NCBI GenBank assembly: GCA_973895155.1
Contig: OZ316897.1
Location: 11,059,832 to 11,123,831, forward strand
Length of the DNA: 64,000 bases
Direction of reading: 5' to 3'
DNA from: Marsupella aquatica
Lineage: Eukaryota > Plantae > Marchantiophyta
The notes beneath the pieces are model-generated. The model did not search any database. It was not told where the DNA came from and worked only from the letters and a program-made list of their open reading frames with translations. The first letter of the stretch is position 1. Each line of letters starts with the position of its first letter. Below, one piece after another: positions 11,885 to 24,205 of the stretch. Made by a program: the position numbers and the translations under genes.

Positions 11885-14800
11885 AGCTTAGTGGCATGAG
11901 CTAGATATGTAGTGCATGGTAGCTTTTATACTAGCATATATGTACCATCTAGTATAGTAAGCTACCTAGGCTACTACATATTGTACATACCCGGGTGTTT
12001 CCCTTTTTGAATATGACATTTTGAGCTTGTACATATAACATTCTTTTGCATCAATCATAATTTAACCCAATTTGGCCCATTTCACCCTAAAACTAACCCT
12101 AAACCCTCAAATACCAACCCCATGAGGCCCACTCTTCTATCAAGAAAGAATCACCCATGTCCGTTACTAGTCCAATGCAATATCCATCAAAAAATCACCT
12201 AATTATCCCATGCTTTTTGTATCGGGACATCCGATACTCTGCTCTTCGCAAAGTCCTATACTAAATGCATCGGGCCCCTCATCCAGCAAGCATGACAAAA
12301 CTCCGGTGTCCGATACGAAAGACTTTGGACCATCCGATATTAAAACAATGGGATTTTCCGATACATGCAACATTGGACCTTCCGATCTGTAATCCAACGG
12401 ATGTTGCGATACTAAAAGCATCGGAAATTCTGATGCTATGAATTACGCACATTGCAAAGCTTCTGGTAACGGAAATTCCGATATGATATGTATCGGACGC
12501 CAAGTTTTGCAATTAAGGTCACCCAAGTGGATATCTGACTCTCTTTGCATTGGATACCAAATATTCCAAAATGTTTTGCTTCGGAAAACCGATGCAGAGA
12601 GAAACAAAAAATCCAAAGGTTGTCCGATGGTCTGTGTCCGATATGTGGAGAATGGGAACATACAAAGCGGGTTACATCGGAAGTGCCAAATTTAGTGTGC
12701 AACTTTCCTGAAGGGATCCGATGGAGATGGTATCGGATAAAGGTCCAAAAATGTACTAGAGGAAGTGCTCCACCATGACCAAAACATACCAATTATGACG
12801 TTGGGTAAGAGATAATGGACCAGCAAAATCCAAACTCCAACGATATCCCAAACCCATGATCGGCAACGGATGGAACTGGGGAGTGGGAGCATTAAATGAT
12901 GCTCTCACTCTATCACATAACACACACTTAACTATCAACTGCTAGACATGAGTGTGCATACCACACCACCAATACTGTGTCTGCAGCAAGCTATAAGTGC
13001 GCTTCACACCAAAGTGACCCAACTCCTCATGCGCATGTCGCACCAAATGTACTCGTTGTGATGGTTTTGGTATCACCAACACCCTACAATCACACAGTAC
13101 TCTCAAAAGATGGTTTCCCTCCTATCAAAACCTCTTGGCTCTCTGTAGAACCCTGTCACGCTCCTTGGCATCAACACTGCCAACAATAGAACCACTACAC
13201 AGATATTCCAACACTCTCACATCATTGTGAATATCTTGCTGTCCATAAGTTACCTCACCAACATCCACATCTGAAGACTCATCATCCACTCCATTCAATG
13301 AGGTAGAGTCCACAGATCCACTATATGCTGGCACCCAACAAAGAAAGGCAGATGCTTGCAATCCTGGCACCATCTCCTTATCTAACTCATCATGCCATCT
13401 GGCTCCAGTCTCATCCTCCTGACTGGTACATGGATTGCGGCTCAATCTATCTGCATCCAAGTTCACTTTTCCAGGCCTATGCACCACCTGTAAATCATAC
13501 TCTTGTAACAACAATGCCCATCGTGTAAGCTTCCCTGTAAGCTTGTCAGACTCCATTAACCACTTAAGAGGCTAATGATCAGTGATCAAGGTGAAGGGGT
13601 TACCAAACAAGTAGTAACAAAAGTGTGCAACAGCCCACACTGCTGCCAAACACTCTCCCTCATAAGAGCTATACTTAGCCTCTACTGAATTGTTTGATCT
13701 ACTGGCATAAGCCACAACAAACTCATGCCCCTCATCATCCTTCTGAGTCAGCACTGCTCCAAGTCCTACTCCACTCCAATTAGTGTGTAGCTGAAATGGT
13801 CTCCCTGAAATGGGTGTTCTCAAAATAGGGGATGATGCCAGCCTTTGCTTCAAATTCTGAAAGGCATGCTCCTGGTCATCACCCCAAGTCCATTCCTGAT
13901 CCAACTTAGTGAGTATGGTTAAAGGTTTAGCAAGCTGGCTAAATTCTTTAACATACCTCCTGTAGTAGCTCGCCAATCCCAAGAATGCACAAACTCCACT
14001 CACATCAGTAGGACAAGGAATCTGTGTAATGGCCTCCACTTTAGTCTGCTGTACAACCAATCCCCCTGGGTATATAGTGTGGCCCAATACTCAATCTGGT
14101 CTTGCTTACACTTGCCAGGATGAAGCTTCAACCCAGGTGCTCTCAATCTCTCCAACACAATTTGCAAGTGTTGCTGATGTTCTTCCACAGTAGAAGAATA
14201 GACCAAAATGTCATCAATATAACATTTGACAAAATCCAAACCAACGAGGATTCGATCCATGACTCTCTAGAACTCAGTTGGTGCATTCTTCAACCCAAAT
14301 GGTAAGAACAACCACTGATACAAATGATCTTTGCCATAAGAATCAATCCCCCATAATGTTGTCTTGGACCTATCAGCATGCCTAATTGGAAGCTGATGGT
14401 ACCCTACCCTCAGATCCAATGAACTGAAAACCTTTGCATGCCCCACAGCGTCAAAGATCTCCTCAGGTGTGGGCATGGCATATCGATCAAATTTTGTCTG
14501 GTGATTAATAGGTATGTAATCACCACACATGCGTCTACCTGTGTAATTGCCATGTACATCCTTCTTGGCTCGCATCACTGTGGCAAATGCATATTCCCCA
14601 TATGAAATCTCCACCAATCTAGTCTCCAAAAAATCTTGAGTTATGCTTTGAATCAAAGCTCTCTCCATGTCACTATAACGGTATGGTCTACAAAAGATTT
14701 GGTGCATCACTAGCCAATTCAATTTGAATACTAGGGCCCTTCAATGTCCCCAAATCCTTTATGCTGAATGCAAAACAATTCTAGTAACTCTTCAGGAATC

Positions 14801-15109
14801 GATGCATGCAATGTCTCTCCTCCCTGTCAACTTAGAACCAATCTCTGGCTCCCAACTCTCCACCAAATCCCTAATGTCTTTTTGTAGAGTAGAAGAGATA
14901 GCTGATGATTGCTATTTAGCAGTAGATTGAGCAATGAATCCCTTCTTGCTCAACAATCTGTCCAGCCTTGGCCAATCCTACCATAGGTCCATGGACTGTC
15001 TACTTGCCCCCAGCTGTGGTCATCATTGTCTCAGTGGACCGCAAGCTCACTAATGGACGATAAGTAACACCAGCAAAGCGCATCCGCAACTGTTCAGCTA
15101 CTCCAAAGT

Positions 15110-16070
15110 TGATAATCCAAGTCAAGAAATTCAAATCCATTGCTTGACCAAGGACCTAGCGGCGTGAACTCTCTGACACCGAGGCAACTACAGTGGTCCT
15201 TGTCAAAAATCCCATAGCACGCTCTCTCTCATCAGTAGTAGGTTCTACTAACTACTGGAGAGTTGTGTCCCACACAAGTCCAGGGCCACCTGCTGTGAAT
15301 GCATATGAAGTAGAGTGGCTCACAAGAGTGGGTAATGCACAATGTGGACGCCCAACGACATTGACTACTGCCAATGGAGGTTTATCAGATTGGGTCACAC
15401 CCTGTGCACGACGCCCTGGATCTAAAATATCATCCACCACTAAGGCCGTTGAGTGTGGAATGCTGTCAAATGCGCCCTTTAGCACCTCACATGGGATAAA
15501 GTTAGTCCACCACAAGCGTGGACAATGTGCACGAAAACCCATATGTGCAACATCCAATAACAAAGCAGGTCCAATCCAAGACCTCACTTGGTGAACACTG
15601 GCAACAATCCAATAACGATCATCACCTAACAATGGCACATTCTCCAAAATATATGTTGGAGACTATGTCTGATGTAGCTGGAGATGACGCAGCACCCGTA
15701 ACATCTCCCAAAACAATGCAGAGCATGCTAGATCATGAAGTCCATGCCCAACGCCAGCTCTAGATTGGCCTTGACATGGCCAACTAGCAATCACCAAATC
15801 AATGAGGCCAACACGATGCAAATGATCCGCCCCAACAATGAAATATCAGCAAGTAGTGCATGCTGATAACCACAAACAACATCCACTGGCAGCAACTGTG
15901 GATATCTATCCACCAACATAGCCACATGCCGCAATGAGACCCTCCATGCTGCCTCATCTATCTCCACATACAAATAACAACACATAGGAATTCCTGCCTG
16001 AAGAATAGCAGCCAATCTGATGCTAATCCCACCAAATAGATCCAACAAACAAATACCCTTCAGTGGATAC
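15110..16070 (-). pseudogene. DNMT3-like C5 cytosine DNA methyltransferase domain within Gypsy pol
   Basis: Ordered motifs: I LLDLFGGI (~16025-16052); II YVEIDE; IV IDLVIASWPCQG (Cys codon 15774-15776); VI YILENVP; VIII LLDVAHMGFRAHCPRLWWTN; IX EPTTDERERAMGF; X RR*VLGQAMD. Frameshifts and stops are present. Confidence 0.9.
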
Positions 16071-17610
16071 TGTCAAGCAATAGGAGTGGTATCCAATGGT
16101 GAAAGAGTCACCGGTCCATCTGCAAGAGACTGCTTTGCTCCGGACTATGGTGTAAAAGCATGATGCCATGCATCATGTACCAATCGTGTTGTTGCCTGTG
16201 GCAAGGCCTATCCAGTGCCCACACTGGTGGCACCACACTGCCAATAGGTAATCCCCACATGATCTGCTCCTCATCTGACTCCTCCAATGGTGGAACATCT
16301 ATTGCATGCGCATTACCCTCAATCAAATCATCAGGTCCAGTAATCACACCATTGAATGCTGCCAAAGACAATAGTGTGGATTTAGGGCCTCCCATAGGTC
16401 AGGTTTATATGACACTGATTTATTCCAAAAATCAAGAATAAATCCCATGGGGTAGAGCACCGTACATCCCACCAATACATCATATGACTTTGCCTTAGTC
16501 AAAATAGCTTGCGCCTGTATCTGTGAGCTATTTGTCGCATGACCTCCCTGAATCCTTAGATCAAGTGGTCTCCTTGTGATATGCTATATAGGTGACATAG
16601 GTCCCTCCAATGAAGTCTGAATGGGAAAGGGACAAGCCTCCAAATCCTCTGGACACAATCCCAATCCACGTATGGTAGACTTTCCCAACATCAAGGGCTA
16701 AGCACCAGTATCCAGTAACACTCTCTCTGGCTGGTATACTGCTCTAGAAGGCCCAACTTATCGGAAGATACCACTCCGATTATCCAATGACACAACACTA
16801 GGTTTCAACCTAGTCCTTTCAAATGCAGGGCATGCTAGTAAATCCACCAACCTTGCTGCTGCTGCATGCCATTTCTCACTAGTAGCAATAGGTGACATGG
16901 TCTCCATTGCTTCAACACTACAAGCTACTTCTCCATGGGAAGCAACAACTGGAGTGTCCTCACAGAGTGTAGCTGCCAATTTGAACACTTCTACAGGACC
17001 AACTCCCAAGTTTAGCATGTCTGTCGCTGAAAATAATGGGATGCGTACTATGGTAGTAGCCGCCCCCAATAGGGTACCTATCATCCCTGCTGCATCACTA
17101 CCTGATTCTGCCAACTTACCCCCACTAGGGTTTGTTCGAACCGGGTTCTTAGAGGCAATCTACATTGTCTCTGATAATGTGAAAGACTGGGGAAGCTTTG
17201 TCTGACGATGAGCATCCCCTCTCAAAGGGTCCAACTCCACAATGGCCCCTCTAGGTTCAAGAGCTTTTGCTACTCCCCGTGTCAAAGCTGCTGATGCATC
17301 AATGTGTGCAGTGCCACACATGAATCCCATGGTGGCAAGGTCTCCATCAACTTCATAAGCTGTGGAAGGACCATGGGATGTGGAAAGTCCATAGGATGTA
17401 GATGCCCCATCACCAAAAGTAGGTCTCACCTAGGAACTAGCCATGGCAGCTAGCTATTGCTTCAAATTGAGCAATCTTAGCATCCTTTGGATCTATGGTT
17501 ATAGCAGGGGCAACATCACCTCCCTGTCTCCTTGCCGGTGGCATGCCACGGCCACATCCACCAACTCTACCTCCTCCTCTTCCTTGATCATGTGTACGAG
17601 GTTCTCCCCT

Positions 17611-18087
17611 GGGTATGCAACTCCCCTTTTTATAAGGCAAGTTTTTAATTCCTTATAATGGCCTTATATCCAATTGACCATCTTAGATTTCATTTTAGTC
17701 TACTAAAGTCTTGTACCTCTGAACTCAAGAAATCCAAAAATGTAACTTAAAAAAAAAAACCAAACATGTTTTGATGTACAAAAAGTTGATCAAAACCAAA
17801 TTATATGGGTTTTTTTTTAATACAGGGGTCTACAGCCAAACTAGCCAACTTTTTAGGGTTTTTATTAAAATTTTAAAAATCTTTTAATAAAAATTACAAC
17901 ATGTATAGGAATATTTTTTAATTTCATATGGAAAATGAGGGAAACCAAACCTTTTATATGACTTGAAAATTTTTAAAAGTGGAAAACCCAGGTTTTTTCA
18001 AATTTTAATTATTTTGTATAGCCAACTTTTTAGTCTATATAAAAATGTAGACCCCTATCTATTATATAAGAGTTGCGTACCCGGGGG
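17611..18087. mobile_element. AT-rich MITE inserted in gag
   Basis: TIR GGGTAYGCAACTC with a ~9-bp TSD TYCTCCCCT (17602-17610 and 18088-18096). The gag reading (...HPEL*RG / EPRTHDQGRGG) resumes across it. Confidence 0.75.
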
Positions 18088-20711
18088 TCCTCCCCTCTAT
18101 AACTCAGGGTGGAGTGAGAAACATCTATCCTTGGTGTGTCTAGGAGCTCCACAATGATCACAATGTCGCTCATCAGGCGCTGATGCTCCCCCTGATCCTC
18201 TATGAACTGGGCAATATCTTTGTGCATGATCCTCATCACAGGTCCAACATCTTGACTACTGTCCAGCATAAGAGGGCACAGGTCTCTGGCTGGTAGACTC
18301 TCGTGTAGTGGACTTCTCCCTCTGGCTCTTCCGTGCAGGGTGTGGTGTGGATGTAGATGCAGTCTTTGGCGCTTCATTGCCAAATCTGGAAGTTACCACT
18401 TTCTCATTCACCATATTGAGCTCAATGCGCTCAAAAAGTGTAAAAATAACTACCAATGTCAGTGGGATCTATGTCCCTAAGCGGAGTGACATCTTTCACT
18501 CTGCGTTGCAATTTTGTATCCAGAATTGCATACCAAAACTGGACTGCCTAGGCCTTTGTCACTCCTTTGGTGACAATGATCAATCTACGCATACGAGTGT
18601 ATACCTCACGTAGACTCTCTCCAGCCTTGCGCTGAAACTCCTGTAGACCCTTCAACTTATCAGTTCTCACATCTTGATAGTTCTACTTTAGTACCTCAAA
18701 GAATTCCACCACATGGTTAAATGTTGGCGCAACTCAAATCCCTATCACAATCACACCGGTAGGAGTAGCGGTGGATGCTGCTGGAGTGGTAGTAGTGGAT
18801 GGTGTGCCACTCTGGCTAGTGCTGCTAGAAGAAGCAGCAGTTGAATGTGGCAATGGGTTGGGCAGCCGCACTAGTGTCATAGGTGATGGACACATAATTA
18901 GGCGACCAATGCTGCCTCTATGCTTCAATCTCAACCAAATGAGCCTTTCAAAACTCATGGTAATCATCCATGGGTGGCCCCTCCAAATGTTGAAATAATC
19001 TCTTCCATGCCATGAAAGGGGTAAACATGGCATTATGCAATGTCTGCATATCGCACTACGTATCAAACTCTTGGATGAAGTCATCCAGATCAATTATGCC
19101 AACTGGACCATAGTATCGTCGACGTCGTGGGCCCTTCATAGCCCCGTACATCTCTTCCATATCCCACAACAAAGGTGCAATCACCTGATGACAAGGAGAA
19201 CTGGTCATAGAGTCCTCATCAGAATTATTGTCTGAAGCAACATTGCTGACTGCTACCAATGCCGCTGGCCGAAACTGTGCCCCACTCCAAGTGAAACCGG
19301 TCCATCGTCCATCGGGTAACCCAGCAGCACCAGAAGAATCCGTGGTGATCAACCTAACCTAATCTATGTGCTAACCCTAAGGGAGATTTGTCCCTCTCAA
19401 CACCACAAGCACTCACCATGGTGTGTTGGGCATCACTCCAACATCACAAGGAGAGAAATACGTAGCACAACTAGAATGTACGGTTGCAAACCCGGATCAC
19501 TCCTATGGAATCAAGTGCCCACACCAAACTAACATGGCGCATAATCAACTTTCTGACACACAAAAGGAAATGCAAATCAATATGACGATGTTCATAAGGT
19601 TCAACATATAGCCTTCACAATGTTTAGTGTCGTAGCTAGGAATCCATGCAAAACTGATTCAATCCATGCATCTGGATGAACTCAGAAGCATCAAAAACCC
19701 TAGGAGAGCTTATGATTTGGCCCAAAATGACACTCTAAATAAACCAGAATGTGTATAAAATTCCTAAGTGTTCATTTCTTAACATCAAAGTAGAAAGGAA
19801 TGTGTGTACACACAAGCACTTAAGAACCACGTAGTTAAGTGTGTGAAGAAGGAATAGCTTTGGGATGGGTGACCTCTCACTTGTAGTTGTGCACAAAATA
19901 GGCTGCTCCAAATTCAGCACCTTGCAAACTACTCCTCACGTACCAGCAAGCTGGCCCGCCCACTCCTGCTTTGCCCTCACGCCCCTCGTCCCGAGTTGCC
20001 TTGAAGCCTCTAAACGCCGAGATGAGCCAAAGAGTGAGCCCTTCACGCCCACAACGCTTTGCTACGCCAAAACTAGGTTCAGATTTTGCAACATTCAAAC
20101 TCAGCTTCTTCGCTTCCTTCACAAAAAATCGCACATTGGCTACGGTCCACCCTAACCGCAACGCCCAGCCGAACCCTTCTGCAATGGACCACGCCTCAAA
20201 TTTGGCAACATACGCGACTATTGGCAGTCACTTTCTTCACAAGAACACTGGCGATCGGACTTTGCAACATACAGTCCGTCAGCGTAGCACAATCGTGTCA
20301 ATCCTGCAACATTTGCACCTCTATTTTATCACAAAAAATTCACAATCAAACATGTAGTACCTCAATCTACCAACGATCGACTCAACTTTGCAACATTGAT
20401 ACTCAATCCCTTCGCAAAACAGCAGATGGAGTGCACAACATTGATCAGCAACCCGAGCGCCTCTCGCCAACTTTGATCAGCACCACCGACGGTCCGAAAA
20501 CCGGTCACAACACGGCATCAGAATGTCTGAATGAAACTGAAGATGAGACTCGGGTCCCCACTTCAGATCCGCCCCAACAATCAAACTACCAATGATCCAA
20601 TCAAGCAACACAACACGATTCGAGATACTAACCACGAATCGTCAATCAAATCTCAAACAAATTTATGTTTGCACAATCCGCACAATAGGGTTCGAAGCTC
20701 AGATATTTTGA

Positions 20712-21046
20712 TGTAATCTTCACAACAATCGGCACAACAATCCCGATCAACAATACCCCATCAATCCTGCACCAATCCGATCACACACGTATATATGTCA
20801 AGCCAACGCACCTTGCATTACTTAAGGAATCCACGTTGCACAAGTAGAGCTCACAGCCACCATAGCCACACTCAAGCTCCTCTCTCTCCAAGGCTCAACA
20901 TCGAAAGATGACCTTCCAATGCCTCACAAGGGAGAACCTCTCCCACACAAACCTAATGGAACCCTATTGGCTCCAATAGCACACATACAAAATGTATATA
21001 CTCAACTAGCACTATATACTACAATAGCATCTAGAATGGTGTGACA
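20712..21046 (-). mobile_element. LTR-like segment followed by a degenerate tRNA-iMet PBS-like motif
   Basis: The minus strand reads TGTCACACC...GATTACA, then ...TATCTGAGC (compare TGGTATCAGAGC). It truncates the LINE endonuclease at 21047. Whether it belongs to the DNMT-Gypsy is unresolved. Confidence 0.45.
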
Positions 21047-21540
21047 AAGATTTGCTCAGTCATATTGAGGTCCCTCAATAAAATCCATGTAAATGAGGAG
21101 TCCAAATGGTTGAAGAGCTCCCTTCAGAGATTCATGCGATCTCAAGGTGAGTTAGCTGCATAGATGCCAAGAAATCCCAATAGGCCCAATCCATCCTGAA
21201 TTATGCAACACCATACGACCTTGACACAAGCCAAAACTCCCTCAGATACCACAAACTCATATAACTTTTTGTGATGGCAAGTGCCATTCCCCCCAACCTG
21301 CATTGACATTGCCATTACGAACACTTGGAGTGGGCGCCATCCGCAGCTGGAGCACAGACCCAGTATGCAGGTCTCCAGACATGCCTAAGTTTTCAAATTC
21401 TGCCAACCCAAAGCTTGTGCTCCTGAAGGCATACAACATCAGGGGTATGTTGTAGCTCCTCCAAGATGAAATGGGCTTGGAGGCACCTTCTTCTTGAGGC
21501 CAGGCCAAGCATGTTGTATGTCAGAATTGTGAGCTAGGGC
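21047..21540 (-). pseudogene. LINE ORF2 AP-endonuclease fragment
   Basis: ILTYNMLGL, PDVVCLQEHKL, GGMALAI and GIYAANSP..R..L.REL......WILLRDLN match the APE motifs in order. Confidence 0.85.
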
Positions 21541-21942
21541 ATCCTGTGGTGGAGGAATTTAATTTGTAGCAGGGTAAATTGTGATGAGGAAGTTCTTGCA
21601 ATCGGGGTCACTTTGCTCTTGATGGAGTATGTCATGTGCATAGACATCACTACACAACATACATTGCTTGTCACATACATCTATTAACCATAGTCACATC
21701 CAACATCACAAACATAAAAGAATGGAATACAAGTGGAACTCCTATCCACACATGTCCAAAACTCACAATCACCTCCTTAGCTGGGAGTGAGGTTCCCTAA
21801 CTCTAGCTATCCATAAGTTCTACAAGGTTGATATACATCTTTTTAAGTGTGAAGATCAGGAGGCCACGTGCAATGGTGCCCGATTGATCACCTTCTTGCA
21901 ATCTATACTTTCCATGAGAACACAAATGGTAACTAGTTGGCT

Positions 21943-23990
21943 TCACCAACATTGAGGACACGACCATGATCCACTAGGACACCTCTAATTTAGTGGTGTC
22001 AAACATGACATGTGCCATCCTTTAGAACACTTATCACAAATCAACATAGTGGCTGCTCCGTGAGCAGATCCACACAACATACACTTCAAGTTGGCACAAA
22101 CATATATGGGCTAAGCTTGGATCTACAGTACCATCAATGTTTGAAAGGTGACATGGTGCACAATTGCACACATGATCCTTCCAAACCGTACCATCACATC
22201 CTTCCAACATTAGTACACCAAAAGGCAACACTTCACACACACATAAGATTGTCCAACCTGCGATCACATCAAGTGTCATTGGTGGTATTTGCTGCAAATA
22301 AACAAAAATCACCAGGATGAAATCGTCGAATCCTCGCACGATAACCTCCTCCATGAAGAGTGGCATACCTCAAAGTATCACAATGTTTGGCAATGGCAAG
22401 GTTGTCAAAGGCCATGGGCATGACTCTCTCAAAAACTCGTGCCCTTCACTAGTACATTTTGAGGCCTAGTCTGATTCTTGCATTCCGACTATGCCAAGAG
22501 TTGCCATTCTATTTCAATTGGATGAACGACTGCACTTTCTGATGTAACACAAATTGAACTTTGCCATTCTACTTGAATTGGACGAACACCATTCCATTCA
22601 AACTTCAAACGGACACCGTATCCAATTGTGGACACAACGGTTCCACTGCCCATGCCAGTCAACATTGGACCACATGGTCCAATTTTGTTTCAATTCTAAA
22701 TGAATCGTAAACGTCTTTCCAAAGGAAAGCTCAAGCCCATTTTTCCGATGGAGCTGGAATTGCTAGTTGTAATTCTATGAAGATCGGATGTTTCAATGCA
22801 AATTTAATTGGAAATTTTGATGTGTGATTAAATTGGAAATGGAAATTTATGCTCATGACGTAAATAATTGGTAAAGTTTTCCAAGCGCTCAAGGATTGGA
22901 GAAGCATGTCCAATCGTTATTAAATTGGATGTGTGATTTGCAACTAGAATGGGATCGGGGTCCAATTGTGAGTTAAACAGACTTAGTGAGCCATGTTAGT
23001 TAGGATTGGAAACGGGGTCCAAAGTGTGGTTGTCTTAACAAAATTTAGAAGTGTATAAAAGTCCCAAGAGTCTATATCAAACACCAAAATTGTCAAGCTT
23101 CCATGTGCAATGCACTAGTAAAGAACTACATAGTTAACCTCCATGTTGGAGGAATAGCACTTGGGTTGGGTGATCGCACACACAACCTAGCCAACCAATA
23201 GAGTTCAAATCTGCACACACACTAATTAGCCCGCCACTAGATTGAGAAAAAATATTGGCTCCACACTTTCTGTGGTTGTCGAATAGAGCTTTTGCAATTT
23301 ACGACATCACACATTGCATATCGATTCCAAAGTGCTCGGACCGCATGATGCCATACTAATAAAATTGGACATGGTTTTGCCATTGTTTTTGAATTGAAAC
23401 CTGATTTCCAATACCAGAAGAATTGGACTTTTTCGATCTTGGTCCGATCATGCTTACCCGATTGTTTGAGCATTGGAAAGTGCGATTGGACTAAAATTGG
23501 ACCACCGGTAAAAACGGCAATATTTCGCCGAAGACATCCGATGCATAGCAAATCGGTTTAGGGGTCATTTTTGTACTAGTACTTTATGAACACATCTTGA
23601 CCCAAACATCACGATCATCCAAATCCACAACAATTGTCACATCACGACAAATAGCCGTTGGCAAATCTGGCTCTCTACCATAGAGCAAGAAATAAGGTGA
23701 AGGACGCAAGTGATGCTTGTTGATTGAAATGGTAGCCCATAGCTAACCAAGGTAGTTGGAGATCCCAATCTCCCAAATGAACAACCTGCAAGGTAGCCAT
23801 ACTTACGCAATCCTCTCTTCATGGTTTGTACAACTCTCTTTGCCAATCCATCTGCCTCAAGATGATTACAAGAAGTAGTACGATGATCAATAAGAGCTTG
23901 CTCACACAAACCCTCAAACTTTCCACCGAATTCTGTGCCCTGATCAGTCAACACCTCAGTTGGTGCTCCAAAATGATTGAGTACTACCAA
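21943..23990 (-). mobile_element. 3' fragment of a second Gypsy pol: integrase core, C-terminal region and PHD finger
   Basis: FGAPTEVLTDQGTEF...ADGLAKRVVQTMKRGL, then RVFERVMPMAFDNLAIA, WKDHVCNCAPCHL, and CMLCGSAHGAATMLICDKCSKGWHMSCLTP...SGSWSCPQCW* (21946-22083). Confidence 0.88.
22447..23581. mobile_element. Non-autonomous CACTA element in the Gypsy fragment
   Basis: Termini CACTAGTACA and TGTACTAGTA with a 3-bp TSD CTT (22444-22446 and 23582-23584). AATTGGAC-like subterminal repeats are present, and the pol frame resumes across the insertion. Confidence 0.85.
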
Positions 23991-24205
23991 GCTTGGCAAG
24001 ATTGGGAAGACTCATTTCATTGCATACTCAATCTTTACAACAAAAGATCTTGTACAAAATCCTCACGCTAAGTATGGACCTCACTTCCTTCTCAAGCTTA
24101 GCCTCAACTTAGGAAGGTAGAGCCTCTACTTTGAGAACTGAGAATTCTCACTGGTCCCTTAACAAAAAAAAACTTTTACCTTATATACCTTCCACACCAC
24201 ACCTC
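23991..24205 (+). repeat. LTR fragment homologous to 7221-7425
   Basis: Shared blocks occur in the same order: CTTTACAACAAAAG, CTTCTCAAGCTTAGCC, GGTCCCTAACAAA, CCTTATATAC. Confidence 0.8.

Larger units (their letters stand above)
1..12761. mobile_element. Large CACTA (En/Spm) element, left end outside the window, inserted in a Gypsy integrase
   Basis: The right terminus ...AAAATGTACTAGAG ends at 12761 (a variant of ...TACTAGTG; its reverse complement resembles CACTAGTACATTTT at 22447). Dense TCGGA/TCCGA subterminal repeats lie at ~12170-12740. Tnp2 transposase remnants lie at 1-1128. The Gypsy integrase frame (...VMVEHF) is cut exactly at this terminus. Confidence 0.7.
12762..19352 (-). mobile_element. 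Ty3/Gypsy LTR retrotransposon gag-pol (gag-CCHC, AP, DNMT, RT, RNaseH, partial IN), degenerate
   Basis: Gag helices at 19352-18400. Zinc knuckle CDHCGAPRHTKDRC at ~18120-18163. Protease VLLDTGA at ~16700-16725. RT motifs RMCGDY, LDLRVGYHQL, PFGLKNAP, YIDDIL. RNaseH motifs LGAVLTQ, VAYASR, YEGECLA, LITDH. Integrase HHCC followed by WSLDFAGP. The AP-RT-RH-IN order indicates Gypsy. Confidence 0.95.

Noticed and set aside
12200-12790. Many short overlapping ORFs
   Set aside because: These are CACTA subterminal repeats with no domain signal.
20685-20712. GGGTTCGAAGCTC resembling a tRNA T-arm
   Set aside because: No cloverleaf can be formed. It is better explained as a degenerate primer-binding-site region.
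12762-23990. Idea that the two Gypsy pieces are halves of one rearranged copy
   Set aside because: The first copy is cut cleanly by a CACTA terminus, so its remainder should lie left of the window. The second piece is bounded by unrelated LTR and LINE sequence.
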